Of a DNA stretch of 19,024 nucleotides, positions 10,601 to 17,724 are shown one piece after another. The notes beneath the pieces are model-generated. The model did no database searches and was not told where the DNA came from. It worked only from the letters and a program-made list of their open reading frames with translations. Both the position numbers and the translations under genes were made by a program. Source of the stretch: an uncultured bacterium (lineage in GTDB: Bacteria > Actinomycetota > Actinomycetes > Mycobacteriales > CAJCIY01); contig CAXTUZ010000020.1 of the NCBI GenBank assembly GCA_964247525.1, forward strand, positions 1 through 19,024. The letters run 5' to 3'. The first letter of the stretch is position 1; every line of letters begins with the position of its first letter.

Positions 10601-10632
10601 GAACAGGAAAATCTTAGACGTATGTTGAGCGG
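10601..10632. promoter_or_regulatory. AT-rich divergent intergenic region; candidate promoter(s)
   Basis: GAACAGGAAAATCTTAGACGTATGTTGAG is a conspicuous AT-rich island in a ~68% GC background, lying between divergent gene starts. A TATGTT (-10-like TANNNT) sits 7 nt upstream of the GTG at 10633, so the mRNA may be leaderless. Confidence 0.3.
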
Positions 10633-11112
10633 GTGCTTCCGAGTGAGGCGGCGCCAGAGGATGCCTGGTACGCCGCACCGAGCCCGGGACTGCGGGCCGA
10701 CCAGCTGCGCGCACTCGGTCTCGTGCTCGCGGTCGCCTGTTTGCTCCTCGGTTCGGGTGCGGCGTTGACCGGTGCGTTGCTCTCTGACCGCCACCCGCTT
10801 TCGATCGTCGGTTACGCCGTCTCGGCGCTGGCGGCGGTCGGCAGCGCACTTCTTGCGCGATCGCCGGGTCGACGCCCGGTGATGGGCCAAGCAAGCGCAC
10901 CCGCGCCGGACGGGACGGACCTCGGTCGTGACCTGCTGCGACTGCATCCCGTGCTTGCGCCGTGGGCGATCATCGGCGTTGCCGCCGGACTCGGGGTTCT
11001 GATCGCGGGGGCGGCGACGCAAGGCTCGTCCGAGCCCGGCCCGATCGGCCCGACCCGGATCTGTCTCGCCGGGGCGGCGTGCCCCACTCCGTCACTGACG
11101 AGTTCCCCTTGA
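10633..11112 (+). CDS. Hypothetical small membrane protein (two predicted TM helices)
   Basis: GTG start. Hydrophobic stretches ALGLVLAVACLLLGSGAALTGALL and APWAIIGVAAGLGVLIAGAA. No recognisable family. Confidence 0.4.
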   Translation: MLPSEAAPEDAWYAAPSPGLRADQLRALGLVLAVACLLLGSGAALTGALLSDRHPLSIVGYAVSALAAVGSALLARSPGRRPVMGQASAPAPDGTDLGRDLLRLHPVLAPWAIIGVAAGLGVLIAGAATQGSSEPGPIGPTRICLAGAACPTPSLTSSP

Positions 11113-11154
11113 CCGGCAAACACGGCAGACTGTGCCTCTCACGAGGAGGATCGA

Positions 11155-11376
11155 ATGGGATTTCTGGACAAGGCGCTCAAGAGCGGCAGGGATGCGGCGC
11201 AGGGCGCGGCGGTCAAGGCGAAAACGTTCGCCGCCGAGCACACCGATCAAGTGAAAGGCGCGATCGACAAAGCCGAAGGTCTTGCCGACAAGGCGACCAA
11301 GGGTAAGTACACGGACAAGATCGAAAAGGCGGGGTCGAAAGCCGACGAGGCCGTCGACAAGTTCAAGAAGGAATAG
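11155..11376 (+). CDS. Small Lys/Ala-rich protein, 'MGFLDKA…' type (MT0933/Rv0909-antitoxin-like or CsbD-like stress protein)
   Basis: Strong RBS GAGGAGGA before the ATG. 73 aa: MGFLDKALKSGRDAAQGAAVKAKTFAAEHTDQVKGAIDKAEGLADKATKGKYTDKIEKAGSKADEAVDKFKKE. Local GC is visibly lower than in neighbouring genes. The N-terminus matches the MGFLDKAK start seen in small actinobacterial antitoxin-like proteins. Confidence 0.7.
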   Translation: MGFLDKALKSGRDAAQGAAVKAKTFAAEHTDQVKGAIDKAEGLADKATKGKYTDKIEKAGSKADEAVDKFKKE

Positions 11377-11391
11377 CCGTCCTGCGGTGAA

Positions 11392-12396
11392 TCACCGGGC
11401 GGTCAGCGAGCTGCGTCCGCAGCGCCATGCGCTCAGGACGTGTGCCTGCCAACGCTCGGCAAGGTGGATCGATGCGAGGGCTCCGAAGACGAAATCGGCT
11501 TCGAGTTCCGGGAAATCGCGCAGCAGAGGTTCGACCATCCGGTGACGAGCGATCTGCTCGTGGACCGCGTCGGCCTCGACGTGCTCGTCGTAGAACGCGG
11601 ACACATCCGGCGGGAAGCCGAGGCGTCGAAGTGCCCGCGAGATTCGGGCGGACCCCGGCGGCGAGGTAATCTCGACGACGGCGAACTGGCCGAGTGCGGC
11701 CGCGCGATGTGCCCGGTGCAGCCCGCACAACGACATGATGTTGACCTCGGCAAGCGTGACCGCGGGCGCTTGATCGAGATAGGCGCCGTACGAGGAGTCG
11801 AGCCCGAGCGACACCATGAGCTCGGCGAAGAGTTGCGAATGCATCCGAGTGGGATGACCGGCGCCGTACTCGTCGTGGACGATGGACACGAGCGCCGACT
11901 TCACCGCACCGTCCATCCGGGGGATCACCCAGGACTGCGGATCGGCTTCCTTCAGGTGGTAGAGCGAGCGGTGTGCGACGTACTCGCGCATCTGTTCGAT
12001 CGTTCCGCGACTCATCAACTCGTACGAGACGCCGTGCCCCTCGACAGGCTCCTCAAGGAGGCCGCCGAGCACCTCGTCGGCGCGCCGGCCCTCGACCGGT
12101 ACGTCCCGGCGGAGCCCGTCGATGAAGCGCCCCTCGAGTTCTGCCCTGAACGCAAGGAGTTTCGGGTTCCACTCGAGCCCGTCGTCGATGCCGGCGAACC
12201 CGCGGTAGTGCAGCTCGTAACAGACGTAGAGCGCAAGGTGCAGGTCCTCGCCGTAAGGGTCTGTGTCCGTGACCTCGGCCGGGAGTACGTCCTCGTCACC
12301 GAGAAGGAAGGCGAGCAGGCTCCGCGAGTACGGACCACGCGCTTCCGGTAACCGGGGTAGGACGCTGTGGCGGGTCGGTGCCTCGGTCACCGTCAT
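11392..12396 (-). CDS. Iron-containing redox enzyme family protein (heme-oxygenase-like diiron fold, PF14518-like)
   Basis: 334 aa, helical. The …DLHLALYVCYELHYRGFAGIDD… motif is characteristic of this family. Its ATG overlaps the upstream CDGSH stop (ATGA). Confidence 0.65.
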   Translation of the reverse strand: MTVTEAPTRHSVLPRLPEARGPYSRSLLAFLLGDEDVLPAEVTDTDPYGEDLHLALYVCYELHYRGFAGIDDGLEWNPKLLAFRAELEGRFIDGLRRDVPVEGRRADEVLGGLLEEPVEGHGVSYELMSRGTIEQMREYVAHRSLYHLKEADPQSWVIPRMDGAVKSALVSIVHDEYGAGHPTRMHSQLFAELMVSLGLDSSYGAYLDQAPAVTLAEVNIMSLCGLHRAHRAAALGQFAVVEITSPPGSARISRALRRLGFPPDVSAFYDEHVEADAVHEQIARHRMVEPLLRDFPELEADFVFGALASIHLAERWQAHVLSAWRCGRSSLTAR

Positions 12397-12608
12397 GCCG
12401 GCACCTTTCGGGCCTTGATGCGGTGGCTGGTGTCGCAGAAGGGGTAGCGCCGACTACGACGGCAGGTGCACAGAGCCACGACGGGACGGTCGGAGTGGAC
12501 GATGGTGCCGTCCGGCAACTCGATGGCGACAGGCCCGTCGATGAGAACCGGGCCTTCACGGCTGAGCCGAATCCGTACCGGAGGCTCCGGCGACACGTCC
12601 TCAGGCAC
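12393..12608 (-). CDS. CDGSH iron-sulfur domain protein
   Basis: 71 aa with C-T-C-x3-R-x-Y-P-F-C-D-T-S-H, a CDGSH-type 2Fe-2S motif (CxC…PxCDG[SA]H). The GTG start overlaps the upstream MTase stop by 8 nt. Confidence 0.75.
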   Translation of the reverse strand: MPEDVSPEPPVRIRLSREGPVLIDGPVAIELPDGTIVHSDRPVVALCTCRRSRRYPFCDTSHRIKARKVPA

Positions 12609-13302
12609 CTCGCTCCGCCACGATGAGAACGAGTTCCTCGTCGTTGCGGCCGCCGAGCAGTCCTCGCTCGCGGAGCATCGGGGCGCGCGCCCGCAGCACC
12701 GGTCCGAACGGGTTGCGCATCCGCGCCGCCACGTGCGGTCGAAGGCCCACGGTGCGCAGCTTATGCATTGTCTCGTCGACCCCGGTAACCTCGGATTGGA
12801 CGAGGGCGAGCGTGCCCGTCGCGGACAGAGCGGCCGGGGCGCCGGCGCAGATCCGGTCGATGAGTGCCCGGCCGTCGGGACCGGCGTCCCAGCAGCGGGC
12901 GGCGCGGTGGCGGGGCAGCTCGTCCGTCGGTGCCGGAACGTACGGCGGGTTGGTGATGATCACGTCGAAGAGCTGACCCCGTACCGGGGCGTAAAGATCT
13001 CCGTGATGCACTCGGATCGGACAGCCGCGACGCCTCGTGTTGACCCAGGTCGCGATAGTCGAGCGGAACGACAGGTCGACCGCGGTAACGGTCGCCGCGC
13101 CACCCTCCGCAGCGGCGATGGCAAGCGCCCCGGTCCCACTGCACAGGTCGAGCACGTGCCGATCCAGAGTCAGACCTTCGTGTCGCAGCAGTGCGGCGAC
13201 GAAGTGGGTGTCGGCTTGAGGTCGGTACACACCCGGAGGGCGCAGCAGCAATGGCACGTTGGACCCGTGCCCCGGCATCGGGTCGAGAAACCCATATGTC
13301 AC
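12601..13302 (-). CDS. HemK/PrmC-like SAM-dependent methyltransferase ('NPPY' small-domain MTase)
   Basis: LDLCSGTGALAIAAA (motif I) and VIITNPPYVP (the NPPY motif of N5-glutamine / N6-amino methyltransferases). Start is ambiguous between the GTG at 13302 and the ATG at 13278. Confidence 0.8.
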   Translation of the reverse strand: MTYGFLDPMPGHGSNVPLLLRPPGVYRPQADTHFVAALLRHEGLTLDRHVLDLCSGTGALAIAAAEGGAATVTAVDLSFRSTIATWVNTRRRGCPIRVHHGDLYAPVRGQLFDVIITNPPYVPAPTDELPRHRAARCWDAGPDGRALIDRICAGAPAALSATGTLALVQSEVTGVDETMHKLRTVGLRPHVAARMRNPFGPVLRARAPMLRERGLLGGRNDEELVLIVAERGA

Positions 13303-13347
13303 ACGGTCGTCATGAATGGCGGCGTTGCCGACAACCGGCGTTTCCGC

Positions 13348-14151
13348 TCAGGACAGTTCCGCGAGCGCCAGCACGTCATCGGGGGGAAGTACGCCGTCCA
13401 CGGAGGCGGTGACCGTCAGACCGTGCAGGGTGATGTGCCCGCCGTCATTGGTGAGGAAGGCCGTGTCCGCCGCGTCGCGACCGGTGCCGATACGGACGAG
13501 GGAGCTTCGCGGGGCGAGCAGCGTCGAGTCGATGACGTACCACGTACCGGCGATGAAGGCCTCCGCGACGGCATGGAAATCCATGGGATCCAGGCCCGGC
13601 GCATACACCGCGACGAGACGCGCCGGGAGACCCTTCGCGCGGAGAAGTGCGACGGCCAGGTGCGCGAAGTCACGGCACACGCCTCGGCCGGCGAGCAGGG
13701 TGTCGACGGCGCCGTCGGTGGGTCCGCTGCTGCCGCTCACGTAGTCCAGTTGCGTCCCGACCCACGAGGAGATGGCGGCGAGGACATCCGTCGGGTCGGT
13801 GATGTCGTGGAAAAGGCGCGACGCGAAGCCGATCATGCGGTCGGATTCGCAATAGCGGCTGGGGCGCGTATAGAGCAGCTCATCGGAGATGTCCCGCGGC
13901 GGAGGCGGTGCCGCGCCGTCGAGGCGCGCCCGGTACTCGAGATCGACCGCGCCCGGCTCGGCGTCGACGAGCCAGATCCGTCCGCCGTGCGGCGCACCGA
14001 CCGTACGAAAGGGCTGGTCGCGCCCCTCGTAGGTCACAGCGAGGTGCTCCTCGGTGCGGTAGGCCTCCGGGTGGGCGACACCGACCTGGAACGCCAGCCG
14101 CGAGGCCCCCTGCACCTCGACCGAGATGTTGACACCGACATCGCGGATCAT
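13348..14151 (-). CDS. Transglutaminase-like cysteine protease family protein
   Basis: 267 aa from ATG at 14151 (MIRDVGVN…), with GAAGGAACAGGGA upstream. Core motif GRGVCRDFAHLAVALLRAKGLPARLV (Cys nucleophile), with downstream His and Asp residues. The track's 552-aa ORF is an artefactual 5' extension across the neighbouring gene. Confidence 0.8.
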   Translation of the reverse strand: MIRDVGVNISVEVQGASRLAFQVGVAHPEAYRTEEHLAVTYEGRDQPFRTVGAPHGGRIWLVDAEPGAVDLEYRARLDGAAPPPPRDISDELLYTRPSRYCESDRMIGFASRLFHDITDPTDVLAAISSWVGTQLDYVSGSSGPTDGAVDTLLAGRGVCRDFAHLAVALLRAKGLPARLVAVYAPGLDPMDFHAVAEAFIAGTWYVIDSTLLAPRSSLVRIGTGRDAADTAFLTNDGGHITLHGLTVTASVDGVLPPDDVLALAELS

Positions 14152-14189
14152 TCCCTGTTCCTTCGTCCGGTGGCGAGTAGCCGGTGTGT

Positions 14190-15257
14190 CTACGCGAGTA
14201 CGAGTTGGCGGACCATCTCCCGACGGCTGTTGACGCCGAGCTTCACGAAGATCGACTTGAGATGGTCCTGCACAGTGTGCGGTGACAGGAACAGACTTGC
14301 AGCGATCGCGCGGGTGGCCGCGCCTTGGAGGACAAGAGCGGCCACCTCCTGCTCGCGCGGGCTCAGGCCCCGCGCCGCCAGCGCCAATGCGCTGATGTCG
14401 GCGGGGGTGGCGGCATCGATGGTGATGACGACGTCGTCGGGGCGGTCGGCCGGCGCGTCCGCCGCATCGAAGGTGGTGGCCCGGATGGTGAGCCAGGTCC
14501 CGGAACTCCCGACGGCGCGGGTCGTCGCCAGGGCCGGACTGCTCCTGGCGGTTTCGGTGGCGGCAAGCAGGCTGGTGGGAAGTGATCCGTTGTCCAGGCC
14601 GCCGAGGTCGTCGATCCGGGCACGGGCCGCCGGCGTGATGTTGAGGACCTGGTCGGCTCGGTCGACGACGATGACGGCGGGACCGCCGCCCGAGGGCGAC
14701 GTGCCGCGCGGTGCGCTGAAGATCGCGTTCCGTATCAGTTCGGCGAGTTGGCCGTGAACGGACGCCACGATCTGCGCCTCCTGCGCGGTGAACGACGGCT
14801 CCCCCGGCCCCCGGTAGAGCGCGAGCGCTCCCCAGACGAGTCCCTGCTTGCGGAAAGCCACCCGAAGTTCGTCCGTAAACCCGAAGCGCGGTGCGAGGAA
14901 GTCGCGGAAGCGTCGGCACGACTGCGGAGACCCTCCCGTATCGATGGACAGCACCCCGACCGGATCCGCACGCAACGCGATGTCGGCGAACAAGTTGATA
15001 TCCCACTGCCCGTACTCGGCGGCGGCAAAGTCCTCGTCGCCGATCTCGAGTGGAGTGGACTTGTACGCCCCGCTGATCAGTCCCGTCGAAGGATCGGTGG
15101 TGGCGAGACAGGCGAACGTGAAGGGCACCACCCGGTTGACGGCGTCCCAGACCGCAGCCGCGAGGGCCGGCATGCGGCCGCCGCGACTCGTTGCCGCCGC
15201 GAGCTCGTCAGCCAGGGAACCGCACCGCACCGTTGTCACCCGCCAATTCTGAACCAT
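14190..15257 (-). CDS. LuxR-family transcriptional regulator with N-terminal GAF-like sensor domain
   Basis: C-terminal HTH: LSPREQEVAALVLQGAATRAIAASLFLSPHTVQDHLKSIFVKLGVNSRREMV. Start is uncertain among the ATG at 15257, the TTG at 15299 and the ATG at 15173. Confidence 0.8.
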   Translation of the reverse strand: MVQNWRVTTVRCGSLADELAAATSRGGRMPALAAAVWDAVNRVVPFTFACLATTDPSTGLISGAYKSTPLEIGDEDFAAAEYGQWDINLFADIALRADPVGVLSIDTGGSPQSCRRFRDFLAPRFGFTDELRVAFRKQGLVWGALALYRGPGEPSFTAQEAQIVASVHGQLAELIRNAIFSAPRGTSPSGGGPAVIVVDRADQVLNITPAARARIDDLGGLDNGSLPTSLLAATETARSSPALATTRAVGSSGTWLTIRATTFDAADAPADRPDDVVITIDAATPADISALALAARGLSPREQEVAALVLQGAATRAIAASLFLSPHTVQDHLKSIFVKLGVNSRREMVRQLVLA

Positions 15258-15342
15258 GCGGCGGCCGGCCGCGGAAGCCGATACGCAAAGTCCCCACAAT
15301 TCTGGGATGGTCGCGGGCCGTCTCGTCCCCGACTCTCGCTAC

Positions 15343-16122
15343 ATGACAACTGACACCCACAGCCACACCACCCGATGCTGGTGGAACCCGCAGGACGCAC
15401 GATGGATGTGCGGCGAGGCAACGGGCGCGGGCGCATATCCCGAAGCCCCCCTCGCGGGAGACATCGACGCCCCGCTCGTCGATGTACGGGACATGATCGT
15501 GGTCCATACCGCTCTGCTGCGCGAGTTCCGCCTCGCGCCGTCGGCGGTCACGCGCGTCGAGGCCGGCGCGGTCCGACGGGCGGCGGTCGTCGACCGGCAC
15601 CTGGGATTCGTGTGCGACCTCTTGCACCATCACCACGCCGGCGAGGACGCCCTGCTGTGGCCCAAGGTCCGCGAACGAGTGCTTGCGGCCACGCAGATCA
15701 TCGACGACATCGAAACCCAGCACGCCCGGATCTCCACGGCTATGGAAAGCGTCACGACCGCGCGCGCCCACTGGGTGCAGGACCCGGACACCGAGAACCG
15801 GGCCGCGCTTGCCGCGGCTTTGCGCTCCCTGTACGACCAGCTCAAAGAGCATCTCGATCTCGAGGAGCGCGCAGTCCTTCCGCTGGCGGCGGTGGCGCTC
15901 ACCGACGCCGAGTGGCACGCCGTCGGCGAGGCGGCCGTCGCGTCCACGCCCAAGGCCGCGCTACCGCTGGTGTTCGGGATGTTCGCCTACGAGGGTGATC
16001 CGGCAGTATTGCGCGGCATGCTCATGGCGGCACCCGCACTGCCGCGACTACTGCTCCCGCGCATCGCACCCCGGGTCTTCGCCCGCCGTGCCACTCAGGT
16101 CCACGGAACGGCGCGGCCCTAG
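15343..16122 (+). CDS. Hemerythrin (HHE cation-binding) domain protein
   Basis: DMIVVHTALLREF, HHHHAGEDALLWP and HLDLEERAVLP are typical hemerythrin-like His/Glu ligand segments. An unusual N-terminal CWWNPQDARWMC segment is present. The start could instead be the ATG at 15307. Confidence 0.65.
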   Translation: MTTDTHSHTTRCWWNPQDARWMCGEATGAGAYPEAPLAGDIDAPLVDVRDMIVVHTALLREFRLAPSAVTRVEAGAVRRAAVVDRHLGFVCDLLHHHHAGEDALLWPKVRERVLAATQIIDDIETQHARISTAMESVTTARAHWVQDPDTENRAALAAALRSLYDQLKEHLDLEERAVLPLAAVALTDAEWHAVGEAAVASTPKAALPLVFGMFAYEGDPAVLRGMLMAAPALPRLLLPRIAPRVFARRATQVHGTARP

Positions 16123-16199
16123 TAGCGCGTTCACGGCGCCGACGCCGCTGCGCACTGCCATGATGGGTGGTAGCTGCCGCACTGTGAGGAGTCCTGAGC

Positions 16200-17417
16200 A
16201 TGTCGGAGCTTCACCTCGGTTCGACTCCGGCGTCGGCGTCCACTCCGCCGGGTACGGCCGATCACGGTGGTCTGGTGCTCGCTCCGCCCGAGGCGGTTGT
16301 CGACGTCGGCGAAGAACAGGCTGCGGGCGCGATCCCCATCGATCCGGTCAAGCTCGGCGAGCTGCAGGCGCGAGCGGCGACCTTCGCGACCGAACTCTCG
16401 GCGCTCGATCCGCGATCGCCCGAGTTCGCCGCCAAGGTCGGCACCGTCACGAGCATGGGCGATGCCGATCTGCGGGCGTCCGCGGCAGTATCCAGCCGGA
16501 TGCTCGAGCGCCCGGCTGCGGCGGCACGGAAGAACGGTGGGGATGCGCAGAGCCGATTGGCGGCAACCCTGGTCGACCTCCGCGGCACCATCGCCGAATT
16601 GGATCCCAATAGGGCCGACCTGCACGGCCCGAAGAGGGTGCTGAAGTTCCTGCCCGGCGGCGACAAGATCGAGCGCTATTTCGCCAAGTACCAGTCGGCG
16701 CAGACTCACCTGAACGTGATCATTCACGCATTGGACTCGGGGCAGGCCGAACTCCGCAAGGACAACGCCGCGATCGAGACCGAGAAGGTCAACATGTGGG
16801 CGACGATGGGCAAGCTCAGCGAGTACAACGAGCTCGCCAAGGCGTTGGACTCGGCGGTGACGGCCAAGGTGGCCGAGCTGCAAAGCGCGGACAAGGCGAC
16901 GCACGCGCAGGCATTGACGGCGGACGCCCTGTTCGCCGTCCGGCAGCGCCGCCAGGACATCATCACGCAACTGGCGGTGTCTGTTCAGGGCTACATGGCG
17001 CTCGAACTCGTTCGCAAGAACAATCTCGAACTCATCAAGGGTGTGGACCGGGCGCAGACCACGACTGTTGCGGCACTGCGTACGGCCGTCATCGTGGCTC
17101 AGGCACTCGATCGGCAGCGACTCGTCCTGGATCAGATCACAGCGCTCAACTCCACAACTGCGGACCTGATCCAATCGACGTCCGAGCAGCTCAAGACCCA
17201 AGGGGCGAACATCAATCAGCAGGCGGCATCGAGCACGATAGACGTCGCCCGACTGCAGGCCGCCTTCGACAACGTTTTCCAGACCATGGACGCGATCGAC
17301 ACGTTCCGCGCCCAGGCCGTGGACAGCATGGCGCATACCGTCGTCGCGCTGGAGGCTCAGCTCGAGCGGGCTACGCCGTACCTCGAACGCACCCGCCGCA
17401 GTGAAGACCCGCGTTAG
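16200..17417 (+). CDS. TelA-like (toxic anion resistance / KlaB family) protein, putative
   Basis: 405 aa, all-helical. RBS GAGGAG before the ATG. Overall size and character resemble the TelA family; no catalytic motifs. The assignment is tentative. Confidence 0.5.
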   Translation: MSELHLGSTPASASTPPGTADHGGLVLAPPEAVVDVGEEQAAGAIPIDPVKLGELQARAATFATELSALDPRSPEFAAKVGTVTSMGDADLRASAAVSSRMLERPAAAARKNGGDAQSRLAATLVDLRGTIAELDPNRADLHGPKRVLKFLPGGDKIERYFAKYQSAQTHLNVIIHALDSGQAELRKDNAAIETEKVNMWATMGKLSEYNELAKALDSAVTAKVAELQSADKATHAQALTADALFAVRQRRQDIITQLAVSVQGYMALELVRKNNLELIKGVDRAQTTTVAALRTAVIVAQALDRQRLVLDQITALNSTTADLIQSTSEQLKTQGANINQQAASSTIDVARLQAAFDNVFQTMDAIDTFRAQAVDSMAHTVVALEAQLERATPYLERTRRSEDPR

Positions 17418-17456
17418 CCGGCCGTCAACGGCCATTCGCACATTGGGGCGCGAGCG

Positions 17457-17696
17457 ATGAGCGGGGCAGCTGACTCACCCGTCGGTCTCGCCGGGCGAAT
17501 CGTCACCGCGACCCGCGGAGATGCCGGGTCGGGCGAAGTCGAGTTGCAGATCCGCGGCGGCACAGAGATCTTTATCGCCCGGTCGAGCGATCCGCTGCCG
17601 GTCGGGGCCGCCGTGATCGTGTTGTCGTCGTTGGGCCCGCGAACGGTTGTCGTGTTTCCCTGGGCCGACCCGCTTGACAGCATCCTCAACCTGTAG
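17457..17696 (+). CDS. Small NfeD-like OB-fold protein (flotillin-associated), putative
   Basis: 79 aa: …GRIVTATRGDAGSGEVELQIRGGTEIFIARSSDPLPVGAAVIVLSSLGPRTVVVFPW. This resembles the beta-barrel C-domain of short NfeD/YuaF proteins that are encoded immediately upstream of flotillin genes. No TM segment is visible. Confidence 0.45.
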   Translation: MSGAADSPVGLAGRIVTATRGDAGSGEVELQIRGGTEIFIARSSDPLPVGAAVIVLSSLGPRTVVVFPWADPLDSILNL

Positions 17697-17724
17697 CACC
17701 CGCCAACCAAGGAGCATGTGATTC

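Noticed and set aside
11377-11391. Short inverted repeat (CGGTG-AAT-CACCG) between convergent gene ends; possible bidirectional terminator
   Set aside because: Only a 5-bp stem with no U-tract. It is too weak to call a terminator from sequence alone.
12466-14757. 763-aa plus-strand ORF across the minus-strand operon
   Set aside because: It runs antisense through four recognisable minus-strand genes (MTase, transglutaminase, LuxR). Arg-rich junk translation.
14152-15006. 5' extension of the transglutaminase ORF to 552 aa
   Set aside because: The extension overlaps the LuxR-family gene in another frame and is Arg/Pro-rich. A clean ATG at 14151 with an SD-like GAAGGAACAGGGA gives a 267-aa transglutaminase-core protein.
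16131-17441. 436-aa antisense ORF opposite the TelA-like gene; also 17992..18966 opposite the flotillin
   Set aside because: High-GC shadow ORFs. The sense-strand products have recognisable domain character and RBSs.
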